64,000 nt of DNA. It comes from Octopus sinensis. Lineage: Eukaryota. Shown piece by piece: positions 14,267-28,482 of this stretch (position 1 is its first letter; each line of letters begins with the position of its first letter). The translations under genes were made by a program, and so were the position numbers. Where the stretch lies: NCBI RefSeq assembly GCF_006345805.1, contig NC_043007.1, positions 19,840,001 through 19,904,000 on the forward strand. Direction: 5' to 3'. The notes below the pieces were generated by a model. It did no database searches. It saw nothing but the letters and a program-made list of their open reading frames with translations, and was not told the origin of the DNA.

Positions 14267-14480
14267 GATAAAATAACTTTGCGGTTCGCCAAGCGTGATC
14301 GATAAAATAACTTAGAGGTTCGCCAAGCGTGACTGATAAAATAACTTAGCGGTTCGCTAAACATGTTCGATAAAATAACTTAGCGGTTCGCCAAAGGGGA
14401 GCGATAAAATAAATTAGTGTTCACCAAAGGAGATCAATAAATTAACTTAGCGGTTCGCCAAAGGTGAAGGATAAAATTAT
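14267..14480 (+). repeat. Minisatellite, about 34-bp unit x 6
   Basis: gataaaataacttagcggttcgccaa plus about 8 variable nt, repeated. Confidence 0.9.
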
Positions 14481-14746
14481 TTTATCGGCGGACTTGTTTC
14501 CTGTCATCGCTGATGATCCGCGATACAGTGAAATCACGTGATATGGTAGTGCCACCCGCCTCTGCACTGATGGAATTTCGTCAACTGATGACAGAATTTC
14601 GATGCTTTTTAGCATTTCTCATCTACATGAAATGGATTTTCGGGACCTTTACAGAAGTCTAAGGCGTTATAAGTAACACATCCAAGTTAGGCTGGACGAC
14701 TTAACTTCTCTTTACAAAAGCTGCTCCTGTAGTTAATGTGTGTGTG

Positions 14747-14825
<79 letters not shown>

Positions 14826-15089
14826 GATAGAGAGAGAGAGAGAGAAAGAGAGAGAGTAAGAGAGAGTGAAGAACAGAGAGAGAAAGAGAGAGAGAGAGAG
14901 CGAGTGGAGAGAGAGGAGAGGGAACTAGATAGAGAGAGAGAGGAGAGAGAGAAAGAGAGAGAGTAAGAAGAGTGAGAGAAAAAGAGAGAGAGAGGAGAGA
15001 GAGAGAGAGAAATAGATAGAGAGATAGAGAGAGAAAGAGAGAGAGTAAGAGAGAGTGAGAGAAAAAGAGAGAGAGAGAGAGAGAGAGAG

Positions 15090-15136
<47 letters not shown>

Positions 15137-15467
15137 GCATACATGCGAGCTTGTGTTTAAATTTATATAGTAGGAATTTATGAAAATTAGTCTAAATGGA
15201 TACTTCAAATAAGAAATCACCACCACCGCCTCCGCCATCGCCGCCACCACTATCACCACCACCACCACCACCACCACCATGGCTACCAGCACCTCCACAG
15301 CCTCTCCTTAGTCGCTGGGGGAACAAGTGACGTCAAGTGCTATTCCACGAGACTTCAATGAAGTTTATAGTTTGTTAGGTGAGACGATTCTGAATGGAAT
15401 GAAACCGCTGCCAACTTAACTTCATGTTTATATAACAGAATGCAGGAAAATCCTCTTCTTGTGCGTA

Positions 15468-15868
15468 GGCGTAGGAGTGGCTGTGTGGTAAGTAGCTTGC
15501 TTACCAACCACATAGTTCCGGGTTCAGTCCCACTGCGTGGCATTTGGGTGTCTTCTACTATAGCCTCGGGCCAACCAAAGCCTTGTGAGTGGATTTGGGA
15601 GACGGAAACTGAAAGAAGCCCGTAGTATATGTATGTATTTGTATATGTGTATGTGCGTGTTTGTGTGTCTGTGTTTGTCCCCCCAACATCGCTTGACAAC
15701 CGATGCTGGTGTGTTTACGTCCCCGTAACTTAGCGGTTCGGCAAAAAAGACACCGATAAAATAAGTACTAAGGCTTACAGGGAATACGTCCTGGGGTCGA
15801 TTTGATCGACTGAAGGCGGTGCTCCAGCATGGCCACAGTCACATGACTGAAACAAGGTAAAGGAGTAA
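15468..15868 (+). mobile_element. SINE family A
   Basis: Full-length match to the other copies. Confidence 0.9.
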
Positions 15869-16480
15869 ACAGAGAAAGAGAGAGTTGTACGTGGCATTCA
15901 TTTTGTTGTTGATATTGTTCTTGTTGTTTAATGCCAGGTCGTTCCTCCTTGAACGCACCCATCATCCTAAGCATTTTAAACGCATCCTTCCCTCTTCTCT
16001 ATTCAGGTATCAAGTATCAAACCTACGTTATCCTTAAAGGTTTTAAGACGGTGTGGATTGGGGGTGGTGGTGATGATTTAAAGACGATTTCGCTGCTTCT
16101 TCTAGCAAGTCCTGAGACCATGTATAAGTCCCTTTGTTGGCTCACCCGAATAAAGGTGGGGTCTTTTCATCAAGGATTGGGAAAACCGGGCCTTCTGCTT
16201 TTACAGTTCCATTTGTATTTTACTTGTGTCTATCACTGGACTCTGGCCGGGCTTGGACAGCGTCTTGAGTGGTTTAGTCGAACAAACCGACGCCAATTCC
16301 TACTTTTAAGCCTGCTTCTTATTCTACCGGTCTCCTTACGGGAACATAAACAAACCAACAACGGCTTTCGAACAAGTACAAAGTCATACAAGCATATATA
16401 TATATTGTCCGGCCTTCACCATGATAGATCGCTAGCCATTACACATTCTTTATTTTCTCTCCTTGTTTCTTTCTGTGTTC

Positions 16481-16516
16481 CTTTCTGTGGAAGAGCGTAG
16501 GTTCGAAACGTTAAAG
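16481..16516 (+). ncRNA. Degenerate minimal hammerhead-like motif
   Basis: cttt-CTGTGGA-A-gagc(gtag)gttc-GAAA-cgt-t-aaag; the core deviates from CUGANGA. Confidence 0.4.
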
Positions 16517-16606
16517 ACTTTTTCATTTCCCGAGCATTAAACTAATACATCTGTTTGTTGTCTACACCACCCATCTTCGTCTTTTGCTTTATTTGTGTGA
16601 ATTCTC

Positions 16607-16661
<55 letters not shown>

Positions 16662-16774
16662 ATATAATAATATATATATATATATATATATATAATAATA
16701 TATACATAAAAGTTAATCATATAATCATATAATCAGAAACATATATATATATATATTTCATCTATCTGTATGCG

Positions 16775-16831
<57 letters not shown>

Positions 16832-17125
16832 TATATATACGACGACGGGCTTCCACACAATTTCCAAATTCACTCACATGTCCTCTATACGCTAGTGATT
16901 GCTATGACCGTTAAATGTAAATAGGTCCCCAGTGTGATCCGTATGAAAGGCGCTACGGTAGAGATTGGATTACTCGGTTCACTGCCATTACATTCAACAT
17001 CCCGTATCTTCATGCGTTCCTATATATCCAGCTTTCTTTCCATTCACAGTTGTGCGACCAATCAGAAATATCAGCATAATAGTATATGTGTACGTGCGTG
17101 TATGTATGCATTGTTGTTGTTGTTG

Positions 17126-17157
<32 letters not shown>

Positions 17158-17476
17158 ATGTACGTGTATGTGTGTATGTTTGTGTGTATATGTAACAAAA
17201 GAAAACAAGTGTGAAAGGGAAAAGAAAATTTAATATTTCTGCATGGTTACAACTGTTTCGTAATTTACTCTACGTTACATCGTTAACTTCGACGTGTTGC
17301 TACATATACAATATGCATTTAGCAAACACACTCTCTATAAATCTCTGAATATATATATATATGCACACACAACATTATACAATGCAATGTTTTTTTATTT
17401 TCTTTTGTTTATTATATACTCCACACTGAGAACATTACTATTAGTTTATCCTGGATTCTCTGTTGTATAGTCAGAT

Positions 17477-18533
17477 TAAATTACATCGTAATTTAATTAC
17501 TGTGTAATAGCCAGTCCCTCAGCTGGAATGCCTTCCGTGAGTTCCATTTGATTCTCCGAATAAAATTTTCTACTCCACACACACACACACTAACACACAC
17601 ACAAATGTGTGTGTATTGTTCCTTAAATGTTTTGTTTAGGAGTTTATATTTCAAAATATTTAGTGTAATTAGATACTTCTGTTATGTTACTATTATATTT
17701 TAAAATTTCCTGTCATAACTACATTGCTATCGTTTATATATATATATATATATATATATAACACGTTGTTATTCTGCAGATTTCGCAAAACATCGAACAA
17801 AATACGATTCATATTTATTACTACGACTGAGACCAAAAGAGTTTACCACCATTAAAGAACTGTTGGAACCATCACAGAAAGACTCTGAAGTCGGCTGTTA
17901 GATTAACTTCCTTGAATGGCGTCTAAAAGACAGAATCGTCTCTGACACGATTAGAAACCCCCAATCGTCCAAAGAATTTCGCTCACCCAGCATTTCTCTT
18001 CACTGGCTTTCACAATTTACTGAATTGCCATTTTCCTCGGAGTACACGTATTATCCAAACCTGACACTTATACCGTAGAATGCATTCCGTGAACCAATAT
18101 TTTAACGCCTTTACACAAGTGGTAATTAAAAAATCCCATGAAATGCACTTGTTCTTTGAAGCCCTTGAAAAGGAGGATTTAACTCGAAATATAAGGTCTA
18201 ATTAAATATTTCTTAGCTTTTATCTCATGTGATCTTTGTTACCATTATTTTTTTAATAGCTGTAAATTACATCGTAATTTAATTACTGTGTAATAGCCAG
18301 TCCCTCAGCTGGAATACTTTCCGTGATTTCCACTTGATTCTCCGAATACAATTTCTACTTCACACACACACACACACACACACACAACACTTTTGTGTGT
18401 GTATTGTTCCTTAAAAGTTTTGTTTAAGGGTTTATATTTCAAAATATTCAGTGTAATTAGATACTTCTGTTATGTTACTATTATATTTTAAAATTTCATG
18501 TCATAACTACATTGCTATCGTTTATATACATAT

Positions 18534-18592
<59 letters not shown>

Positions 18593-18711
18593 ATAATAAA
18601 TATTAGGGAATAAATCCAAACTTACAGGGAAAATTCAGATTTAGGATTGAATCCAATTTTATAGTAAAATATTATATATATTAAATTAGAGACATATGCA
18701 TATATATATAT

Positions 18712-18780
<69 letters not shown>

Positions 18781-18794
18781 TATTTATTTATATA

Positions 18795-18840
<46 letters not shown>

Positions 18841-19341
18841 CACGTTGTTATTCTGCAGATTTCGCAAAACTTCGAACAAAATACGATTCATATTTATTAC
18901 TACGACTGAGACCAAAAGAGTTTACCACCATTAAAGAACTGTTGGAACAATCACAGAAAGACTCTGAAGTCGGCTGTTAGATTAACTTCCTTGAATGGCG
19001 TCTAAAAGACAGAATCGTCTCTGACACAATTAGAAACCCCCAATCGTCCAAAGAATTTCGCTCACCCAGCATTTCTCTTCACTGGCTTTCACAATTTACT
19101 GAATTGCCATTTTCCTCGGAGTACACGTATTATCCAAACCTGACACTTATACCGTAGAATGCATTCCGTGAACCGATATTTTAACGCCTTTACACAAGTG
19201 GTAATTAAAAAATCCCATGAAATGCACTTGTTCTTTGAAGCCCTTGAAAAGGAGGTTTTAACTCGAAATATAAGGTCTAATTAAATATTTCTTAGCTTTT
19301 ATCTTATGTGATCTTTGTTACCATTATTTTTTTAATAGCTG
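17477..19341 (+). repeat. Tandem duplication of about 785 bp
   Basis: 17477-18262 is nearly identical to 18263-19341; the second copy has expanded microsatellites and an extra insert of about 100 bp. Confidence 0.9.
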
Positions 19342-19774
19342 ATCTTCTATCTACATTGCTATCGGCTTCTATAAAACACTGATTTTATATTTCAGATTAC
19401 ACTTAAATCTAAGAAAAATATTTTAAACAAAAGAAACGAAATACTGAAGATGGGGGTCCATCGGATGTTTAGATAACAGTATCAACAAAATCAGCATGTA
19501 TTTATGAAGAAATAACTTAACGTACATCCATATCAATATGAATCGTCACGCATGCGTACATTCACACACAAACACATTGTGCACACAAACACACGGTATA
19601 TATATATATATATATATATATATACGTGCGTGTACAAATGCATGTGTGTGTGTATATGCGCGTGCTTGCTTTTGTGATGTGTTAAAACACGTGTTCAGGA
19701 TAATTCTTATTGTCTCTCACCCTTTATTTTTGTTTAAACAATATTTAGCCATCACGGTTGTCTTCGTCGTCAAC

Positions 19775-19830
19775 ACTACCACCACCACCACCACCACCAC
19801 CACCGCCGCCGCCACCACCGCCGCCGCCAC

Positions 19831-19862
<32 letters not shown>

Positions 19863-20137
19863 ACATCATCATCATCATCATCATCATCATCAGTATCATC
19901 ATCATCATCAGCACCCGCATCATCATCATCATCATCATCATCACCATCATCACCATCATCATCATCATCATCATCATCAACATCATCATCATCATCATCA
20001 TCATCAGTATCATCATCAGCACCAGCATCATCATCATCATCATCATCATCATCACCATCATCACCATCATCACCATCATCATGATCACCATCATCATCAC
20101 CATCATCACCATCACCACCACCACCACCACCACCACC

Positions 20138-20171
<34 letters not shown>

Positions 20172-20221
20172 TCATCATCACCACCACCACCACCACCACC
20201 ATCATAATCATCATCACTATC

Positions 20222-20253
<32 letters not shown>

Positions 20254-20325
20254 CATCATCATCACCACCACCACCACCACCACCACCACCACCATCATCA
20301 TCACCATCATCATCATCATCATCAT
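19775..20325. repeat. (CAT)n/(CAC)n compound trinucleotide array
   Basis: Directly visible. Confidence 0.95.
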
Positions 20326-20795
20326 GAGAAACTTTATCAGATAATGCATTGTTTGTTTTTTCAATTACTTCTAAGTCTTGGCCCCACACTTCCTTATCAG
20401 TGCTTAACAATCTTGGCCTGCACCCTCACTCTTCGTGTTAACATCGTCATATATTCCAACTATAAATAATAGCCTTTGTTGTTTTTGCTACTACTACTGC
20501 TGCTGTTGTCGGTGACTTTTATTATTATTATCATAATTATTTTTATAAGAAAAGATCATACAAGCCGATCAACCTCCACCCTTCATGGCCTTGTTCCAGC
20601 AGAATCATCGGACAAAGTTGCTGAATGGCATTTCGTCCGGCTCTTTACGTACTGAGTTCAAATATCGCCGAGGTCGACTTTACCATTCGCCCTTTCGGGG
20701 TCAATAAATTAAGTACCAGTCAAGAATTAGCGGTCTATGTAATGGACTTACCCCACCTCCTCAAAAATTGCTGGCCCTGTGCCAAAAATTGAAAC

Positions 20796-20850
<55 letters not shown>

Positions 20851-21929
20851 GTTGTTGTTGTTGTTGTTGTTGTTGTTATTATTATTATTATTATTATTAG
20901 AAGTAGTAGTAGTAGTAGTATGTATGTATGTATGTATGTGTCAGACAGAATTACTATGCTTTATTCTTTAAGCTCGTGGGTATATTCGTGAAATTAAGTT
21001 GAGAAGCTATTTTATTTAGCACAACGTTTTCTTCATGAAAAGGTAAATTTGTGCATCATTTCCTCTGTTTGGAAAAAGACCTTTGATTAGCGAAACAAAG
21101 AAAAATCTTCTTTATTTGTAAACAACATAACATGACTTTTTCCCTGTAGGAACGTCCTCATAATTTTGAACCAAAACGAACACGGTTTCCACGGACGTTA
21201 AGCAGTAATCAAGAAAATGCAGAAAATATCTTACAACAAAGCACCTCCATTTTGAAAGGAAAGAATGAGAACATTTTCTGTAACAGCAACGTGAGAGGGA
21301 ACATGCCCGGCGGGAATGTCCAATAAAGACAGAAATTATAACAACGTGCACACAGATATTGCACAGAGGTAATGTTTTATCAGCAAAGAAAGTAGTCTTA
21401 GTGATATTGTTGAACAAGAAATGTAGGGGTATATATTGAATCCAACCATGGAAACCGTGAGTCACAAATGGTGGTGCTTCCTTACCCGATGAATTTACTA
21501 AAAAATAAAATAGCAGAGAGAAAAGTGTCGTACCTGTAGCTCTCGAAAAGACTAAGCGTTTTCAAAAGAGCAATGAAACAAAGGTTTACCGACGCAGGTG
21601 ACAGTGTACTTTCCATTGATCGGTAGAGGGAACATACACTTGTTTTTTAAGACCGAAAGTTAGACAATGTGACTAGTTGAGCTAGTGCTCTCCCTACCGG
21701 TCCATTGGCTCACATTGCAACACATGAGACAGCGCAATACAAGGGATGCGATCAGAAACATTCATAGCAATATTCACTCTTTGCTTGATGTTTGCTTTGT
21801 AGCGCAATGTGAGAAAGTGGTGAAGCATGACATATTAAGGACAGGTCTGTATGGAACAACAGGTTCTGACGCTAACTTGTAATTTCGGGGACATTGTCAT
21901 GAGAGCAATAACAAAAATGATAAAGCTGA

Positions 21930-22370
21930 TGTTTGACCATAACGAGTTGAGCATGCTCCTTAGTGGCTGACGATGTGCATCTCTGATCACGAGCAGAAGT
22001 AGTGGGGGAGCATCATAGTCATGTGTTGAGAGGGATTCTTTGGGGTTTGAATAATTCACCTCTGGAAACATGGGTGGTTCTTTCAACATCCTTAAACAAC
22101 CCTTATTCAGGGACCTTTTGAGCGGGATGGGCTACTCAACCTGAAGAAAATTCTAACTGGGCCCCACCTGCAAGGTCATGTGCTGTTTATCTTGATATGA
22201 GATCACCATGTCGCGCACATATGGTTGTGATGCATGTGCCTGGTGTACCTTTATCAGACGGGTAGTCATGATGGGTATATTGGGCTTCGTATATTTTACC
22301 CCAGTGTCACTTTGATGGCATGCACTGCTCTCTCACTCAATGATAATAATAATAATAATAATAATAACAA
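21930..22370 (+). mobile_element. Unclassified retroposon 3' region ending in (AAT)n
   Basis: Second copy at about 57300-57800 with the same ctgctctctcact-(aat)n end. Confidence 0.7.
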
Positions 22371-22420
22371 CATAAAAAATTACCTTAGAAATGAGAACTC
22401 AGGTTCGAAATTTCCCCAAT

Positions 22421-22464
22421 ACACCTGATGAAGGTTGGAGGGTATATCAGCCGAAATATTGTGT
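22421..22464 (+). ncRNA. Minimal hammerhead-like motif (Penelope-type)
   Basis: acac-CTGATGA-A-ggttgg(agggtata)tcagcc-GAAA-tat-t-gtgt. Confidence 0.55.
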
Positions 22465-22529
22465 TAACAAACAAGATGAGGACAAATGTCCGTCAAATGT
22501 AAATAGTGTACACACCCACACACACACAC

Positions 22530-22578
<49 letters not shown>

Positions 22579-23002
22579 GACAGATCTTATTTCTTCAGAA
22601 AAGATAATAAATGCTACAATTCTATTCAATTAGGAAAGGTTAGCATGCTATTATATAGCTAAAGGGGACCACATTATTACATTTGGAAACATTATAATAC
22701 TGTAACAGTATAATTGAAAAGGTTAGTATTACATTCGAAGCGCTAGATACATACCTAAATGGACAGATACCGTGAAAGAGGGTGGTTGACAAATATATAA
22801 ATAGCTATTCAGACTGATAGGATGGCGGATCAATAGATCGATAGATTAAACCAGTAATACAAAGTTAAACATATCTAATGTATAAAATAGATCCTCCATG
22901 TGTTCTCCGCCAAAGTAACAACCACCAGAGTCCGCCATAATCTCTTCACCACATCCTCTTGAATTATATAGGTAACGGTTATAGAGAGTGGTTTTAGTAA
23001 AG

Positions 23003-23017
23003 TTAGATAGATAGATG

Positions 23018-23048
<31 letters not shown>

Positions 23049-23273
23049 GGATAGATAGATAGATAGATAGATGGATGGATGGATGGATGGATGGATGGAT
23101 GGATGGATAGATGGATGGATGGATGGATGGATGGATGGATGGAGGGATGTATGGATGGATGGATGGATGGGTGGATGAGTGGATAGTTCGACGAGTATAT
23201 ATATATATATAGAGAGAGAGAGAAAGAGGGGGAGAGGGAGAGAGAGATAAACAGACAGATAGACAGACAGATG

Positions 23274-23318
<45 letters not shown>

Positions 23319-23541
23319 ATAAATCGATAGATAGATAGATATGGATAGATAGATAGATAGATAGATAGATGGATAGATAGATAGATAGATAGATGGATGG
23401 ATGGATGGATGGATGGATGGATGGATGGATGGATAGATGGATGGATGGATGGATGGATGGATGGATGGAGGGATGTATGGATGGATGGATGGATGGATGG
23501 ATGGATGGATGGATGGGTGGATGAGTGGATAGTTCGACGAG

Positions 23542-23572
<31 letters not shown>

Positions 23573-23715
23573 GGGGAGAGGGAGAGAGAGATAAACAGAC
23601 AGATAGACAGACAGATGGATAGATAGATAGATAGATAGATAGAAGATAGATAGATAGATAGATAGATATAGATAGATAGATAGATAGATAAATAATCGAT
23701 AGATAGATAGATATG

Positions 23716-23781
<66 letters not shown>

Positions 23782-23916
23782 GGATGGATGGATGGATGGA
23801 TGGATGGATGGATGGATGGATGGATAGATGGATGGATGGATGGATGGATGGATGGATGGAGGGATGTATGGATGGATGGATGGATGGATGGGTGGATGAG
23901 TGGATAGTTCGACGAG

Positions 23917-23964
<48 letters not shown>

Positions 23965-24006
23965 GAGAGGGAGAGAGAGATAAACAGACAGATAGACAGA
24001 CAGATG

Positions 24007-24079
<73 letters not shown>

Positions 24080-24086
24080 ATAAATC

Positions 24087-24160
<74 letters not shown>
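23003..24160. repeat. Triplicated GATA/GGAT compound microsatellite block
   Basis: Unique core gggtggatgagtggatagttcgacgag at about 23168, 23515 and 23889. Confidence 0.9.
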
Positions 24161-26124
24161 TAGGTAGATAGAAAGAGAGGTAGGTAAATAGACAGTTTTC
24201 ACAAAGCAGATGGAAGACTTAGATACGCAGAAAGAGAGAGAGAGAGAGAGAGATTAAACCAGTATTACGAATAACCGCAAAATATGTAAGATCATATAAA
24301 TACTGACGCTCGCCACCACCTCCACCACTACCATCACCACCACCACCTCATTCACCACCGCCACCACCACCATCACCACACCCAGCCAACATTATCAGAT
24401 GAATCAGGGATTCACTGCTACGAATGACGTGGCACCAACTCGAAACCTTTGTGTTTAATATTTACTTATTAAGGTAGTGGCGGTGGTGGTGGTGGTTGTG
24501 AAGGTGGTGGTGCTGGTTGTGAAGGTGGTGATGGTGATTGTGAGGGTGGTGATGGTGGTGGAGATGATTGTGATGGTGGTGCTGGTTGTTAGGTGGTGGT
24601 TGTGGTGGTGGTGGTGGTGGTGGTGGTGGCTGTGAAGGTGGTGGTGATAGTGGTGATTGTGATTGTGATGGTAGTGGTGGTGATTGTGGTGGTAGTGGTG
24701 GTGGTGGTGGATGTGAAGGTGGTGGTGGTGATGGTGATTGTGGTGGTAGTTGTGCTGGTTGTGAAGATGGTGGTGGTGGTCTGTACTCCATAGAGTCGTT
24801 GGTCTGACAGGTTTTGCCGGCCGAAATGCCAATGCCTGAGTCTAAGAGAATGGGAGAATGGGTGGAGGTTGATGTCATATGAGGGAAATTTAGCTATCAT
24901 TTCCAGCAGGTTCGGCAACCACATAGAGGTCTCCTTCATTGCTTCTTTGGTTTATTATTATTCTTGAAGTGCCATGTATCTTCTTTTCTAGGTTTTCAAA
25001 TAATACATAGAAATGGTCCTGTCGAGAGAGCCGAAACCACGTTGTGATTTAGAGAAACGGAGAGTGAAGAACAGCGACCTCAAAGATTAACCATTCTAAT
25101 ATTACGAGTGCTCATACATAAGTAGAGTGTGAGAAGTTTTGGTGCATCGTTTGATTAATCGTTCGATCAATCAATCAATCACTGAGCTAGATCTGTCGAA
25201 GTCCTTTCGTCGTCATTCGCGACCTCATCAGTAACGTGTTCTTTCCGCTCCAGGTCTGCTTTAGATATATAAAAATAAAGAAGTGAAATATAACTAGTGT
25301 GTGTGTTCATTTGTGGCATAATGACCCTCCCGAGTTACAACAGAATACGGTTCGATATTTTCTGCTTTAGCGTTTGACCCAGTTTTTTTCTTCCTGTTGA
25401 GATATTTGTGTCTTTTGTTTGATGTTCTCGGGTGTTTGTCTGAGGTCAACGGTAATTGAGCAAACCGATGCTGAAAGATATATTCCATCCGTGACCATCC
25501 GGTCTTTTGAAAGACTATGTAGGATTACGTAATCTGATGCGTCCTGAGCTTATAGAAAAAGATGGAGGGGGGTTGGTAATTCGAGGGAGATTTGGCTGCT
25601 ATTTCTAACATTTTAAGGGAACCCATGGAGGTTCTGTCGTTAATTGCACTGGTTTTGTTTTTTGGTGATGAGTTTTGGAACGTCGTCACAGCAAATTCTT
25701 AAAAGAGTGAGAGAGAGAGGAGGAGAGAAAGAGAGAGAGAAGGGAAAAGAAAGATACAGAGAAAGAGAGAAGGAGGAAGAACGAAAGAAAATAAGAGAGA
25801 AAGAAAGAAAGAAACGAAGAAGGCAAAGGGAGAAGTGGGAGGCGGAGAAGTAGAGCAAGAAAAGGTAGAATATGGCCAAGTGCTAATGTAGGTGATGGGG
25901 AGAGAAAGGAAAGGAAAGGGAAACAGATAGAGTTACGTAATATGTAATAATGTATTGGATAAAGAGAGGTAGAAAGAGAAGACGATTGAATGAGAGAGCG
26001 AGAGAGAGAGAGAGGGGAAGAGAGGGTGTGATGGATAGACAAATACGGACATCTGCATAATACAGCGATAGATAGACAAACAGACACACAGACGAACAGA
26101 CTGACAGACAAAGAGACAGGCAAG

Positions 26125-26384
26125 CATGCATACATACATATATACATGCATACATATATACATACATACATACACACATATACATATATACATGCATGCA
26201 TGCATACATACATATATACATACATATATACATACATATATACATACATATATACATACATACATAATACATACATACATATATACATACATACATACAT
26301 GCATACATACATGCATGCATAGATACATACATTACATACATACATACATGCATGCATGCATACATACATACATACATACATACA

Positions 26385-26418
<34 letters not shown>

Positions 26419-26468
26419 CATACATGCATGCATACATACATACATACATACATACATGCATGCATAGA

Positions 26469-26502
<34 letters not shown>

Positions 26503-26690
26503 CATACATGCATGCATACATACATGCATGCATACATACATACATACATACATACATACATGCATGCATAGATACATACATGCATACATACATATATACA
26601 TGCATGCATAGATACATGCATGCATACATAAATACATACGTACATACATACATACATACATACATACATACATGCATACATACATACATG
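26125..26690. repeat. (TACA)n/(TGCA) tetranucleotide array
   Basis: Directly visible. Confidence 0.95.
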
Positions 26691-26825
26691 CTTACCTAAT
26701 TGTCTACATAGAAAGAAAGGGAGAGAAAGTGAGAGAGAAGGAAAGAGAGGGAGCAAAAGAAAGAGAGAGACGTACTGACCAGCAGATGCGCAGATAGATT
26801 CAGATATACATACAGGGAGAAAGAA

Positions 26826-26856
<31 letters not shown>

Positions 26857-26934
26857 GGGAGAGAGGGAGAGAGGAGAGAGAGAGAGAGAGAGATCGAATA
26901 ATAGATAGATAGATAAATATTTTGATAGACAGAC

Positions 26935-26994
<60 letters not shown>

Positions 26995-27964
26995 TGATAG
27001 ATAGGTAGATAGATAGATGGATAGTTCACTCAGAAGTCATGTAAATCACACTTGGTATACAAGCAAACATACCTAAGTGTATACGTGGTGTGTATGTGTT
27101 GGCAAATAAGCATACGTCTCTGGTGGCAGTGGACAGCTTCGATTGGTGGAAAGTCAACAGATTGAACTGTTCAAATATTATTCCGCTGTTATTAGGTAAT
27201 TTGATAGAGGTTCTCAGAGTCGGACATGTGTGATTTGATGGTGATACTAATACTACAATAATAATGTTGCTTATTTTTTTCTTAAACATTGACATAAGTT
27301 CTGTGGTGGGAGTATAATATATTAAGAGCGTAAATTTGTTCCAGTTCATAAGTAGTAGAAAGATGAAAACATGGCCGTCTCCAGTGAAACCTTTCGTTGG
27401 AGAAGGAAGTGTTTTAAATGGGAAGAGAGGATAAATACGTGTGTATGTGTGTATTAAAAATGGGGAGGGCCGGTTTATGAGATTACCTTAGGTTTCCGAC
27501 GTGGGTGTGTGTGTGGAAATATATATATATATATATATATAGGTATGAGAGGCTGTCATGACTCTGTGGTTAAGACGCTTGCTTCCCAACCATATGACTT
27601 CAAGTTCAGTCCCATTGCGTGGCACCTTGGGCAAGTATCTTCTATTATAGTCCTGGGACCACTAAAACCTTTTAAATGGATTTGATAGACAGTATCTGAA
27701 AGAAACCCGTCGTTTGTGTTTGTGGATACCATTTATTTAGACATCACGTGATGGTTGTAAATGAGCATCACCGTCAAACAAGCGAGGTTATTCTTTTCTA
27801 GTTTTCTATGGAAAACATGATATCTATGGGAAAATATTTTCTTGCTTAGAAACCGGTTTCCAAGCAAGGGCTATCCGTAGAATACATCCGTCTGACCTAT
27901 GTATGCATGCAAAATTGGACGTATTTAACGTTCAGTTTTTAGCTGCTGGTGATTATGATAGTAT

Positions 27965-28120
27965 GTGTGTTCATCTGTGTGGGTGAATTAGCTTGCCATT
28001 TATGGGACAGCTTCCTCGGCCATGTTGCCAACACCCACAAAAACACTGGGGAGGGTGACTTTCAAAAAACCCATGGCGAATTATTTCCTTTCATCTGGCC
28101 ACTCCGTTGATCTCCAGTTT
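27965..28120 (+). mobile_element. Decayed Penelope-like GIY-YIG endonuclease fragment
   Basis: ICVGELACHLWDSFLGH and KPMANYFLSSGHSVD resemble YIGETxRxLxxRFxEH and PVAxHFxxxxHS; frameshifted. Confidence 0.45.
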
Positions 28121-28482
28121 CTATTTAAAATTGCAGCCAACCCTGCAGCGCTTCCTTATTTCTGAACATAAAGAAAAATGACTCCAAGCTTGACCCAGTT
28201 TTACCAACAGAAATAAGCGAACGGCTGACCTTTTCCTAATTCCCCCGTCCTTCCACCGTTTCATTTTCGCACCTGTCCGTCTCTATCGAGGTGTGAATAC
28301 ACACCTCCTCCGCACACCTATGTATTGCTCATCCTGTCTTTCTAAACTTTACATTCCTTCTTGCCTGTCTTAATATGTTTGTGTGTGTGTATGTGTATGA
28401 CTGTGTGCGTTTGGGAGCTCGCACATCACGTACACATGTACGTAGGACATAGGCAAATGTTATACCTACTTATGCACACATA

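Noticed and set aside
14267-14480. CRISPR-like repeat/spacer appearance
   Set aside because: Variable parts are only about 8 nt and related to each other; eukaryotic context, no cas genes, and the unit derives from a SINE
14504-14548. CTGATGA...GAAA-tcacgtga-TA hammerhead-like motif
   Set aside because: Stem II cannot pair and stem I is weak
15312-16007. Two phase-compatible plus-strand mini-exons and a TGACGTCA site
   Set aside because: Short, no recognisable homology, and expected by chance in 64 kb
19538-20410. Long poly-I/M/D/S ORFs
   Set aside because: Stop-free frames of a (CAT/CAC)n array
25195-25240. Minus-strand CTGATGA-stem-GAAA motif
   Set aside because: No stem III/NUH or stem I partner found
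23003-27029. 399-aa and 447-aa ORFs
   Set aside because: Translations of tetranucleotide microsatellites
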